Source: Hyphomonas sp. (GTDB lineage Bacteria; Pseudomonadota; Alphaproteobacteria; Caulobacterales; Hyphomonadaceae). From it: a stretch of DNA of 64,000 bases. Below are positions 38,514 through 48,260 of the stretch, one piece after another. The notes beneath the pieces were generated by a model, which worked only from the letters and a program-made list of their open reading frames with translations, searched no databases and had not been told where the DNA came from. The position numbers and the translations under genes are program-made. The stretch covers positions 251,512 through 315,511 of the forward strand of contig JAWSVJ010000007.1 of assembly GCA_033851975.1 (NCBI GenBank), written 5' to 3'. How positions within the stretch are numbered: the first letter of the stretch is position 1; each line of letters begins with the position of its first letter.

Positions 38514-40373
38514 ATGGGCGATTCCAAAGCGCTACCCCCCTTTCGACTGCTGCCATCTAAGGCACCCGAAATCACGATGCGCAAAACAGATGAAGGCGTC
38601 TTCTACCTGTCACAGAAGCACGCCCCGGGTGATCGCCCAAAGACTATTCCACATTGCCTCGACGAGCGAGCCACAGAGCACCCAGACCGGGTCTTTATGC
38701 GCCAGCGCGATCCCGTCACCGATGAGTGGGTGGGTATTACCTATGGAGAGACAGCAAAGCGCGTCACCTCTCTTGCGCAAGGCCTGCTGAACATGGGCGC
38801 AGGCCCGGCCGCGCCCGTCATGATCCTGTCGGGCAACTCCATAAAGTCTGCGCTTGTGAATCTGGCCGCCCAAAAAATCGGCGCACCAGCCGCCCCAATA
38901 TCTGTACCCTACTCGCTAATGTCGACCGATTTTGCAAAGCTGAAGCACTGCTACAATGCAGTAAAACCAGCAGTTATTTTCGCCGAGCAGCTCGCCCCTT
39001 TCCAGCACGCCATTGAGGCGGTTGCTGGCAACGAGTGTACCATTTTCAGCGCTGAAACAGGTGGCGCTAATACAGTTCTAGACTATGCAGAACTAATAGA
39101 GACACAGCCAACCTCCGCCGTAGATAAAGCGATGGCCAAGCTGACTGATCAATCGATAGCGAAATATCTCTTCACTTCAGGGTCCACCGGAATGCCTAAG
39201 CCTGTGCCGACAACGCAAGGCGCAATGTGCTCCATGATTGGCGGCCAAATGGGGCTACGCGATGAAGCCCGCGACCCGGATTATAATCCTGACCAAGTGG
39301 ACACCGTTCTCGACTGGTTGCCATGGAACCACATTTCAGGCGCGAACGTGAACTTCAATGGGGCGCTATGGGATGGCGCAACATTCTGGATTGATGACGG
39401 CAAACCTACACCCGCACTCTTCGAGCGTACGATTCGAAACATTCGCGACTGTAAACCCTCTACATTTGGCACAGCGCCAATCGCGCTTTCAATGCTTGCC
39501 GAAGCCATGGAGCAAGACGACAGTTTGCGCGCAGCCTTCTTCGAAAACATGAGGTCCATCGGATATGGCGGCGCAACCCTCTCTGATGATTTGTACGACC
39601 GCCTGCAAAACCTAGCGATCGCAGAAACCGGACGCCGGATTCCCATCATTACAATGTATGGCGCAACCGAAACCCAAGGCATTACCGTTGTGCATTGGGA
39701 AGTCGAGCGCGTGGGCCTTATCGGCCTGCCCCTCCCCGGTCTCACGCTAAAGCTCGTGCCGAATGGATCAAAACTAGAAGTGCGCGTCAAAGGCCCAACC
39801 GTTATGCCGGGCTATTTGAACATGCCGGAAAAGAATGATGAAGTGTTCGACGAGGAAGGCTATTATTGCCTCGGTGACGCCGTTACATTCGTTGATGAAA
39901 ATGACCCCAATAAAGGCCTCATTTTTGATGGACGCGTTGGTGAAGATTTCAAACTGTCCAGCGGAACATGGGTCAGCGTCGGCACCTTGCGCCCTGACTA
40001 TGTGGCCGCATGCTCCCCGCTCGTCTTCGACGCGGTGATATGTGGTCAGGATAAAGACTATATCGGCGCACTCGTTTGGCCAAGCCCCGCAGCAGTTGAG
40101 CCTTATCTCAAAAATGCTGGCGGCGATCCAGCCAAAGCCATGGGAACCTTCATGGCGGACCTCGCAGCAAAAACGGCGGCCTTCAATGCGGGCGAGCCTG
40201 GCTCATCCCGGCGCATCAAAGCTCTTAAGATTATGACCGAGCCACCCTCAATCGACGCCGGAGAAATCACCGATAAGGGTTATGTGAACCAAAGACTAGT
40301 GATGGACCGACGTGCAGCACTTGTTACAGATCTCTTCTCCTCACCTGTCGGCGCCGGTGTCGTCACTGTCTAA
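38514..40373 (+). CDS. fcs: Feruloyl-CoA synthetase-like acyl-CoA ligase
   Basis: RBS GGAGG; FTSGSTGMPK, WLPWNH, YGATET, FDEEGYYCLGDA, ITDKGYVNQR. Confidence 0.88.
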   Translation: MGDSKALPPFRLLPSKAPEITMRKTDEGVFYLSQKHAPGDRPKTIPHCLDERATEHPDRVFMRQRDPVTDEWVGITYGETAKRVTSLAQGLLNMGAGPAAPVMILSGNSIKSALVNLAAQKIGAPAAPISVPYSLMSTDFAKLKHCYNAVKPAVIFAEQLAPFQHAIEAVAGNECTIFSAETGGANTVLDYAELIETQPTSAVDKAMAKLTDQSIAKYLFTSGSTGMPKPVPTTQGAMCSMIGGQMGLRDEARDPDYNPDQVDTVLDWLPWNHISGANVNFNGALWDGATFWIDDGKPTPALFERTIRNIRDCKPSTFGTAPIALSMLAEAMEQDDSLRAAFFENMRSIGYGGATLSDDLYDRLQNLAIAETGRRIPIITMYGATETQGITVVHWEVERVGLIGLPLPGLTLKLVPNGSKLEVRVKGPTVMPGYLNMPEKNDEVFDEEGYYCLGDAVTFVDENDPNKGLIFDGRVGEDFKLSSGTWVSVGTLRPDYVAACSPLVFDAVICGQDKDYIGALVWPSPAAVEPYLKNAGGDPAKAMGTFMADLAAKTAAFNAGEPGSSRRIKALKIMTEPPSIDAGEITDKGYVNQRLVMDRRAALVTDLFSSPVGAGVVTV

Positions 40374-40435
40374 ACTCTCTGCGAATTAAGGATTACTCCA
40401 CCAAAAAGGGCATAAATTACCTCTAATTCGCAGGG

Positions 40436-41344
40436 GTGCAGAATATTATGACGTTCGACGCAAGAGAGTCGGAAAACACCAATGGTTCGTCCGGATTTAT
40501 ATTCGGAGGAATCGTTGCGTTATTGGCAGGATGTGTATTCGCCGCGGTATTCTCTTTGCCTCAACCCTCGTCAGCTCATGCTCGACAGCAAGCGTTCGGG
40601 CTTGTTACAATACAACAAATCAAGTCCGAAAAAATGTCGGACACTGCGACGCGATATTTCAAAGCGTTGGAACGCGTGGCGCCGCAAGAGCACGCCGCAC
40701 TAATTGCGACAACCTCAACGCCTCTCCCGCTTAACCAAGACGTTCACACTTTGGCAGCTCAACATGGGATGACCTTTCTCCGCTCCAAGTTATCCTCAGT
40801 GGCAAGTATTCCAACACAAACAATAGACACTGCTCTGGATGAGACGCGCACGGAGCTCTGGATCGCGTCGAGAGAACGCCACCCTCTTTGCGGTGGCCAG
40901 TTCTATTCGGGATTATTGAGCTCAGATGCGCCTGCCCCCAGCTCCATCGACGAGAGGGTGGAGTGGATCAAAGTGCAGAACCCTGACGTGACGCTGAGTT
41001 TGCTGACTGCCCTCATAGAAGGCGTGGAGAATATTGAACTAGAAAACAGCGCCCCAGAGCCCCGGGGCTTGTTGACTAAGCAAGACAAGATAGCGCTCAA
41101 AGGAATTGGGATGTCGCTCGCCTCAGATGAGCAATTAGCGGCTGTGTTCATCCCGAACCTACCTAAGGAAGCACAACTCGCAGCTATAGAGAAAATCGAT
41201 TCATGCCAGCTTGCGGCAACGGCGATCTCAGCCATCAAAACCCTTCCCCAAGGCACCAAGGGGCGAGCCTTCAGTGACGCTGTTCACTACTTCAGCAACA
41301 GTGATGCAAAGGTTGGCGACTATATTTTCCAAACATTTTTTTGA
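40436..41344 (+). CDS. Hypothetical membrane-anchored protein
   Basis: 302 aa ORF with one N-terminal hydrophobic helix; no family recognised. Confidence 0.6.
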   Translation: MQNIMTFDARESENTNGSSGFIFGGIVALLAGCVFAAVFSLPQPSSAHARQQAFGLVTIQQIKSEKMSDTATRYFKALERVAPQEHAALIATTSTPLPLNQDVHTLAAQHGMTFLRSKLSSVASIPTQTIDTALDETRTELWIASRERHPLCGGQFYSGLLSSDAPAPSSIDERVEWIKVQNPDVTLSLLTALIEGVENIELENSAPEPRGLLTKQDKIALKGIGMSLASDEQLAAVFIPNLPKEAQLAAIEKIDSCQLAATAISAIKTLPQGTKGRAFSDAVHYFSNSDAKVGDYIFQTFF

Positions 41345-41423
41345 TATTGCATCGTTAAGCTAAATTAGTTGAGCTAACCTCTTCACATATGCACGGCCCG
41401 CACTCAACTCAGGTAACATAACT

Positions 41424-42374
41424 TTGGACAAATCCATTCGCGACTTCTTCGACAAATTTCAAATGCCAACTGTCTCAGCGGCTGACTGGCGCGCTGGAAC
41501 CGAGAAGCTGCGCCAACAGTTTCTGACAGCCACTCACCAATTCGAGAAAGACGCGCCAGAACTAGCTGAAATTCGTGACTGCCAAATTGAAGGGGCGGCA
41601 GGTCCTCTGAAGGCTCGTCTCTATGTGCCCATGGCTGCTGGTCTTGAGCCTGGACCGGGAATAGTATTTTTCCACGGGGGCGGTTTTGTACTTGGTGATC
41701 TTGATAGCCACCACATGCTTTGCGTGCGCTTAGCCGACGCTGCACGCTGTCGCGTACTCGCTGTCGAATACAGGCTGGCACCAGAGAATAAGTTTCCAGC
41801 AGCCCATGATGATGCCTGGGCAGCGTGGACACATCTCCACTCCGAGGCAACCGCCTATGGTCTCGACCCTGATAAACTTGCCATAAGCGGTGACAGTGCA
41901 GGCGGGAATCTCAGCGCGTTTATTTCACAAGAATCAATCCGTACCGCAACAACCCCACCTATTTTCCAATTACTGTTATATCCGCTGGTTCAGTTCGTAG
42001 ACATCCGGTCAAAGAAAATGCCCGTTCAGGAAAGCGGTTTTTTCATCTCGCACAATCTGTTCGATTTTTTCCGAGATAGCTATGTTGAGGATGAAGCTGA
42101 TCGCATGGATGTGCGCGTCTCTCCTCTCTTCGCCCCAGACGATACTTTCAAAGATCTGCCACCTGCACACATTGTCCTCTGTGGCTGGGATCCGCTCCGC
42201 GATGAGGGCAATGCATATGCCTCCAAGATGGCTGGCCTTGGCGTTGCCGTAACAATCAAAGAGCATCCCAGCATGATGCACGGCTTCATGCATCTCAGCG
42301 CTGTCTCAAACACGGTGAAAGACGCCATACGCGAGGCGGGAGAAGTTACGGGCCGCGCGATCGGCACGCTTTAA
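41424..42374 (+). CDS. Alpha/beta hydrolase, HSL/Aes-type esterase
   Basis: FHGGGF, GDSAGG, DPLRDEG, MHGF. Confidence 0.92.
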   Translation: MDKSIRDFFDKFQMPTVSAADWRAGTEKLRQQFLTATHQFEKDAPELAEIRDCQIEGAAGPLKARLYVPMAAGLEPGPGIVFFHGGGFVLGDLDSHHMLCVRLADAARCRVLAVEYRLAPENKFPAAHDDAWAAWTHLHSEATAYGLDPDKLAISGDSAGGNLSAFISQESIRTATTPPIFQLLLYPLVQFVDIRSKKMPVQESGFFISHNLFDFFRDSYVEDEADRMDVRVSPLFAPDDTFKDLPPAHIVLCGWDPLRDEGNAYASKMAGLGVAVTIKEHPSMMHGFMHLSAVSNTVKDAIREAGEVTGRAIGTL

Positions 42375-42430
42375 ACGAGTTGCACTCTGCTGCTTATTAA
42401 GCCGTGCTTGCACCATTCCGAATCGATCAC

Positions 42431-42463
42431 AAAAAAACGGCCCCGCAATTTGCGAGGCCGTTT
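42431..42463 (-). terminator. Intrinsic terminator of the TonB-dependent receptor gene
   Basis: Minus strand reads AAACGGCCTCGCA-AAT-TGCGGGGCCGTTTTTTT. Confidence 0.75.
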
Positions 42464-42487
42464 CCAATTTGTGTCTGAACCTAAGTT

Positions 42488-45391
42488 CTAGAACTTGTGC
42501 ACAAGACCAAGCTTGATCATGCGGCCAAACGCGTTGTGCGTGAAGCCATCATAGTTCAGGTCGAGAGCAGCCTGAGGCGGCTCCTCATTGGTCAAGTTAT
42601 ATCCTGAAATAGACAGGCGTGTATCACCGTCACGCAGCGCATAGCTGTATGTAACATCATGAGTGATATGTCTGTCGATTTTAGCAAGATGTGCAATGCC
42701 TGACACGACATCCTCATAGTCGTTCACATAGCGCAGGTTGTATGAAAGGTTATGTGGACCTTCCTCGTAACGAGCAAACAAGTTGCCACGTAGATCAACC
42801 AATGTCTGGAACGGTGTGCCTTCGTTAGAGAAGCCAACAAAGTCACCACCGGACGCAAGTGTTACGCCGTTGCTATCAAGGAAGTCCTCTGAGTCAAACT
42901 CAAGTGTATACGTACCATCTACACCAAAGGTCATTGAACCTTGGCCAAGATCGTATGTGTATGACCCGTAGAAGTCGATACCAGACGTCACGATATCTGA
43001 ACCATTGATAACCTGACGCTGAACACGCTGGATTGCACCTGGAGCTGTAGAACCTGGCTGGAACACAAGGTGACTAGCAAGAGCAACACAGTCAGCCGTA
43101 GTGGCACCTGTCGTGTCACATGCATTCGCAATGTACGCGTTCACAATCTGACCAGCACTCTCCGTTTGCAGCGGATCGCTGAAATCAAAGCGCCAATAGT
43201 CAAGTGATCCACGGAATGCATCATTGTCATAAAGCAGACCAATGTTGGTAGCCAGTGCCTTCTCAGGATCCAGATTTGGATTACCTAGGGTGTCCACAGC
43301 TTTAAATGCTGTTGTCGGCGCAATGAATTGTAGCGACGTTGAACGGCCTTCTAGGTTGACCTGTGGTGGCCCACGGAATGTTGTGGAAGCAGAACCACGA
43401 ATTGCGAAGTCTGGAGTTACCTGCCACTTAGCAGCGACCTTTGGATCGATAGTTGATCCAACATTGCCACCATAATCTTCGTAGCGAAGTGCAGCCTGAA
43501 CATTGAAGTTATCAGAGAATGGCAAAGCCACCTCTACAAACGCACCGTGAATATCACGGCTCAGGTCTGTATCAAACGAACCAGCAAGGAACGCATACTG
43601 ACCCACTGGATCACCACAGCTTGTCGGACCAACAGCGGTAGTGTTGCCATAGGTGATCGAAGCTGGGTTGTTGAATGGGCACGGATTAAGTGCGAGGTTT
43701 GAGTTGTCACCTGGTGAGAACTCATAGCTCTCTGAACGCATCTGGTAACCAGCAGCCCAAGCGACGCTACCGCCACCAAGCTCAAATCCAGATTCGCCAT
43801 TGAGTACAAACTCAGCGGCAAGCAGTTCATTCTTAGCAGTGCTGAACAGTGTATCAGTCAACCACTCGAGCAACTCTGGTGAGTTCGCCACGGCTGGATT
43901 GTACTGTGGATTAGTTACACCGTTTACGACAGATGACTGAATCGCATTTGAGAACGGGTTATAGTATTCACACGGACCAACGCCTGGAGTTCCGGTCGCA
44001 GGGTCGCAACCTTCACCACCAACACCGTCAAGCGCGAAAGCAAAACGCTCAACCGCCATATCATCACCAGCGGAATACCGCTCACGTGATGAGTAGCTGA
44101 CATTTGCCTGCCAACCGATGTCGTTGCCGAACTTGCCATCAAAACCAGCAGCCAAACGAGTTTGCTCAGTTTCACGGCGACCAACTTCAGGTCCACCATT
44201 GATACCAGCAACACCTGTATAACGACCCCAGAAGACATAATCAGTCGTCGGGAAGGTTTGAAGCGATGCAGCAAAAGCAGGGTTCTGAGCGAAGAAGTCA
44301 ATCAATCCTGGATGCGTTGCATCTACACGCGTATCGAGCAGAGACTGTGGCGGATAAGCAGGAGACGTATTCCACTCTGGAATTTCCAACTTCGACCAGG
44401 CAGCTTCTGCATGAAATGACGTTGACTCATTGATGTCAGCATTGAACTCGCCGAAAAGCTTCAGCGTTTCAGTTTCTTCAATCAGGTTATCAAATGCTGT
44501 GTACTGGAAACGACAAAGTGATCCGCCCGTTGAACCGATAACAGACAAGTGTCCACCAAGTGCTCCACAGTTTGGATCAGCCTGACCAAAAATCACAGCA
44601 GCCTGACCGATGCTTTGCGCGATCGGAATAAAGCCTGGGTTAATGAATGTACCCGGGTTACCGATAGATGACCAACCACCTTGTGAGTTTTCAGTGAATG
44701 TTGGGAGCGCCCAATCACGATCTGGAATAGTCAACTCACCCCGTGTTGAATACTCAGCAGAAATCATCGCATCCATGCCGTCGCCGACCCAACCAGCAAT
44801 ACCGCCGATTTCCATGTCGCCGTCAGAACCAGAAATGAACTGGTGGCTTGCGCGAAGCTCAACACCTTCAAAGCCTGAACGCGTGATGAAGTTAACAACA
44901 CCACCGATAGCATCTGAACCGTAAAGAGCAGCTGCGCCGTCTTTCAAAACCTCAAGGCGGCCAATGGCTGCGCTTGGCATGAAGTTAACGTCAGTACCGA
45001 TGCCGGCAGACGCAACATGACGTTGACCGTTGATGAGAACCAATGTGCGGGCTGAGCCCAGACCACGAAGGTTGATGGTTGTCGCGCCTTCGTTGCCTTG
45101 ACCACCGCGGGTATCAAACTGGTTTGTTTCACCAATTAGGCCCTGTGTAGCTGGCAGGTTACGAAGAATTTCGTTGACTGATGGCGCACCGATTGAATCA
45201 AGATCAGCACGGTCGATAACATCAACCGGTAGCGCTGCATCTTCTGGCGTGCCCTGAATAAATGAGCCTGTGACCGTAACGGCTTTCATCGTCCGTGTGT
45301 CGTCAGCTGCTTCTTCTTGTGCGTTGGCGGTCATGCCACTTGCAAGCGCAAGGGCTGATGCACCAAGAACAAGTTCTCGTGTAAATTTCAT
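42488..45391 (-). CDS. TonB-dependent outer-membrane receptor
   Basis: Signal peptide; TonB-box-like AVTVTGS; plug INLRGLGSARTLVLINGQR, EVLKDGAAALYGSDAIGGVVN; C-terminal Phe. Confidence 0.95.
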   Translation of the reverse strand: MKFTRELVLGASALALASGMTANAQEEAADDTRTMKAVTVTGSFIQGTPEDAALPVDVIDRADLDSIGAPSVNEILRNLPATQGLIGETNQFDTRGGQGNEGATTINLRGLGSARTLVLINGQRHVASAGIGTDVNFMPSAAIGRLEVLKDGAAALYGSDAIGGVVNFITRSGFEGVELRASHQFISGSDGDMEIGGIAGWVGDGMDAMISAEYSTRGELTIPDRDWALPTFTENSQGGWSSIGNPGTFINPGFIPIAQSIGQAAVIFGQADPNCGALGGHLSVIGSTGGSLCRFQYTAFDNLIEETETLKLFGEFNADINESTSFHAEAAWSKLEIPEWNTSPAYPPQSLLDTRVDATHPGLIDFFAQNPAFAASLQTFPTTDYVFWGRYTGVAGINGGPEVGRRETEQTRLAAGFDGKFGNDIGWQANVSYSSRERYSAGDDMAVERFAFALDGVGGEGCDPATGTPGVGPCEYYNPFSNAIQSSVVNGVTNPQYNPAVANSPELLEWLTDTLFSTAKNELLAAEFVLNGESGFELGGGSVAWAAGYQMRSESYEFSPGDNSNLALNPCPFNNPASITYGNTTAVGPTSCGDPVGQYAFLAGSFDTDLSRDIHGAFVEVALPFSDNFNVQAALRYEDYGGNVGSTIDPKVAAKWQVTPDFAIRGSASTTFRGPPQVNLEGRSTSLQFIAPTTAFKAVDTLGNPNLDPEKALATNIGLLYDNDAFRGSLDYWRFDFSDPLQTESAGQIVNAYIANACDTTGATTADCVALASHLVFQPGSTAPGAIQRVQRQVINGSDIVTSGIDFYGSYTYDLGQGSMTFGVDGTYTLEFDSEDFLDSNGVTLASGGDFVGFSNEGTPFQTLVDLRGNLFARYEEGPHNLSYNLRYVNDYEDVVSGIAHLAKIDRHITHDVTYSYALRDGDTRLSISGYNLTNEEPPQAALDLNYDGFTHNAFGRMIKLGLVHKF

Positions 45392-45514
45392 CTGATTAGT
45401 ATCCTCCGTCAGTTGTTCTAGCGTCCGGGCCTATCGAGTTCTAAATGACCACTTCGGCAGAGACTGAAGCAAACTATAATTAGCTTGACGCTGGGGGACA
45501 CCCTCAACATGTGC

Positions 45515-45526
45515 TGCGCTGCACCA
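45515..45526. promoter_or_regulatory. Putative PhaR-type operator in the TBDR/selO divergent region
   Basis: TGCGCTGCACCA matches TGCRNYGCASMA. Confidence 0.4.
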
Positions 45527-45607
45527 TTTTTTTGGGCGCATTTACTCTGCGCTCAAATAGATTACCGTAACTAACAGCTCACGCGACCAACAAAAAAAGG
45601 TGAACCA

Positions 45608-47008
45608 GTGGAAAAACCCCCAATTGCTGCAGTTGCGAAACACTTTGCAGATTCCGTATCGCCTGCTGCATTTTCGAGTAAAGTGTTGCGTTTTCGCAAC
45701 CAATTTTGGGCTCGTCAGGTAAAACTTGGAACGTTAAGTACGGATCAATGGCTATCTCATTTCGGCGATTTCGATCCCCTACCAGACAATCTGGTATTCC
45801 CTCTCGCTCTCAGATATCACGGCCACCAGTTTGGTACTTACAATCCTCAACTGGGAGACGGTCGTGGCTTTTTGTTTGCGCAATTGCGAGATGATGAGGG
45901 ACGGTTGCTCGATCTTGGCACGAAGGGCTCAGGCCAGACACCATGGTCCAGAAATGGTGATGGTCGCCTTACCCTCAAAGGTGGCGTGCGAGAAATACTC
46001 GCAGCAACATATTTAGAAGCGTTCGGCGTCGACACATCCAAAGCCTTCAGCCTGATCGAGACTGACGAACAACTGCATCGCACCGACGAGCCCTCCCCCG
46101 CACGCGGATCCGTCTTGGTGAGATTGTCTCACAGCCACATCAGATTCGGATCGTTTCAGAGAGCCGCCTATAACAAAGACACAGAGGCAATGTCCGCGCT
46201 CTTAGAATATTGCGCCAAATGGTTTTACCCCAGCATCGCTCCGCTCCCTACAAGAGAGAAGACAACCGCGCTACTGCAAAACATATCTGAGGCCACCGCC
46301 CGAATGATTGGACAATGGATGGCCAGCGGATTCGTCCACGGCGTCATGAACACCGACAATTTCAATATCACGGGTGAAACGTTCGATTTCGGGCCTTGGC
46401 AATTTTTGCCCCACTCAGATCCTAACTTTGTCGCCGCCTATTTTGATGAAAACGGCCTCTACCGTTTCGGGCGCCAGCCAGTCCAAGGTCTCTGGGCACT
46501 ACAGCAATTGGCCTCGTCCCTCCTTCTACTAAATGACGACGCCGATGCGCTCGCCGAAGCGCTAAGCTCCTATGAACAAACCTACCAAAACAGCTTCAGC
46601 GAACACACCCATCGCATACTTGGGTTACAGCCGCTAGGTGATCGCACGGCCAACCTCACTTTCTTACAAGAACTGTTCAGCTGGATGACGACGAGCCAAG
46701 CGAATTGGCCTCAAGTCTTCTTTGATTGGTTCTGCGGTGCAGCAAGTGTTGATCGCGCAGCACGTTCCCCACAGGCCACCTTATATGACGACGAACCCTT
46801 CACCATCATTCGACACGCCTTGCTAGTTCGCACACCCGACCGACCAGAGCGCCTGCAGCATCCGTACTTCACCAACATTTCACCAGTCTCTCTACTCTCT
46901 GACGAGGTCGAATCACTGTGGAATCCTATCGCGACTTCTGATGACTGGTCGGTCTTCGAGAGCAAGATGGCTCATTTGGAGTCCGCACGGACTGCCATGG
47001 CGCTTTGA
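45608..47008 (+). CDS. selO: Protein adenylyltransferase SelO/YdiU (UPF0061)
   Basis: YHGHQFG...LGDGRG, KGSGQTPWSRNGDGR, FVHGVMNTDN, FDFGP. Confidence 0.92.
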   Translation: MEKPPIAAVAKHFADSVSPAAFSSKVLRFRNQFWARQVKLGTLSTDQWLSHFGDFDPLPDNLVFPLALRYHGHQFGTYNPQLGDGRGFLFAQLRDDEGRLLDLGTKGSGQTPWSRNGDGRLTLKGGVREILAATYLEAFGVDTSKAFSLIETDEQLHRTDEPSPARGSVLVRLSHSHIRFGSFQRAAYNKDTEAMSALLEYCAKWFYPSIAPLPTREKTTALLQNISEATARMIGQWMASGFVHGVMNTDNFNITGETFDFGPWQFLPHSDPNFVAAYFDENGLYRFGRQPVQGLWALQQLASSLLLLNDDADALAEALSSYEQTYQNSFSEHTHRILGLQPLGDRTANLTFLQELFSWMTTSQANWPQVFFDWFCGAASVDRAARSPQATLYDDEPFTIIRHALLVRTPDRPERLQHPYFTNISPVSLLSDEVESLWNPIATSDDWSVFESKMAHLESARTAMAL

Positions 47009-47079
47009 CTTGGCGTAACCCTTGATCCCCATCGCTGATGTATTCAAACGAACTAAACCGTAACAAGGAACCATGCAGC

Positions 47080-48255
47080 ATGACCTCCTCCCCCGAAGCG
47101 ACCGGCCCTCTCGCCGGCTTAAAAATCATCGACATGAGTTCTGTCGTGCTTGGCCCGCTCGCCACCTTGATCTTCGGTGACTTAGGGGCGGATGTCATCA
47201 AGATAGAATCAGGCCAATCTGGCAAGGCTGGCGACACGATGCGCTATGCAGGGGCCTCGCCTACCGGCGACTTGGGGCCCATTTTCACGTCGCTAAACCG
47301 AAACAAGCAATCGGTCCAACTTAATGTGAAAGAACAGGCTGGCAAAGACGCGCTGGCAGCAATGATCAAAGACGCCGATGTCTTCTTTCACAATGTTCGC
47401 CTCGCAGGCATCGAACGACTCGGCTTTGGCTATGAAGAAGTAAAAGCTATCAACCCAAACATCATCTATATTCATTGCGCTGGGTTCGGCCAAGGCGGCG
47501 CGTATGAACATCTGCAAGCCTATGATGACCTCATTCAAGGCGCATCAGGCTTTGCTGCACTCAACGCTATGCGGTCTGGCAAAGACCCAGAATATGCGCC
47601 CTCCCTCGTCGCTGATAAAGCCGTTGGCCTCTTTGCCGCCTACGCAACCTTGGCCGCACTCCTCCACCGCGAGAAAACTGGGCGCGGGCAATTCGTGCAA
47701 GTGCCAATGCTCGAGTGCTTTACCTTCTTCAATATGGTTGAGAACCTGTATGGGGAGACGTTCCTGCCGGGCAATGGCAAGCTGGGTTACTCGCGCTCCA
47801 TCAACGCGAACCGTAAACCCTATCCCACAAAAGATGGCTATATCGGCCTTGTGCCTTACTCCGATGAGCAATGGAAACTCTTCTTCGAGATTGGAGGTCG
47901 AGCAGATGTCTTTCAAGACCCCCGCTTCTCCACCTATCAGGCCCGCACGGAAAATACAGGCGCGCTTTACGGTCTCATCAACGAAGTCGCGGCCACCAAA
48001 ACAACTGCCGAGTGGCTCACTCTACTGGAGAAAGCCAACATTCCAGCAATGCGCTACAATGAAATGTCAGACGTACTCACCGATCCGCACCTGAATGATG
48101 TCGGTTTCTTTATTGAGCGCATGCATAAAGATGCCGGCGCCTATCGCACTTTGCGTCATCCCGTATTGTTCTCAGATAGCCCAGCGAACATTCGTAGTGA
48201 TGCCCCCGTGCTTGGTGCAGATACCGAAACAGTGCTGGAGAGCCTTGGCCTTTAA
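47080..48255 (+). CDS. Class III CoA-transferase (CaiB/BaiF)
   Basis: GPLAGLKIIDMS, GADVIKIES, NRNKQS, AYDDLIQGASG. Confidence 0.92.
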   Translation: MTSSPEATGPLAGLKIIDMSSVVLGPLATLIFGDLGADVIKIESGQSGKAGDTMRYAGASPTGDLGPIFTSLNRNKQSVQLNVKEQAGKDALAAMIKDADVFFHNVRLAGIERLGFGYEEVKAINPNIIYIHCAGFGQGGAYEHLQAYDDLIQGASGFAALNAMRSGKDPEYAPSLVADKAVGLFAAYATLAALLHREKTGRGQFVQVPMLECFTFFNMVENLYGETFLPGNGKLGYSRSINANRKPYPTKDGYIGLVPYSDEQWKLFFEIGGRADVFQDPRFSTYQARTENTGALYGLINEVAATKTTAEWLTLLEKANIPAMRYNEMSDVLTDPHLNDVGFFIERMHKDAGAYRTLRHPVLFSDSPANIRSDAPVLGADTETVLESLGL

Positions 48256-48260
48256 AAAGT

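Noticed and set aside
47006-47040. Selenocysteine read-through of the selO TGA
   Set aside because: The stop is not at a Cys/Sec-motif position, there is no evident SECIS hairpin, and another TGA follows within 10 codons.
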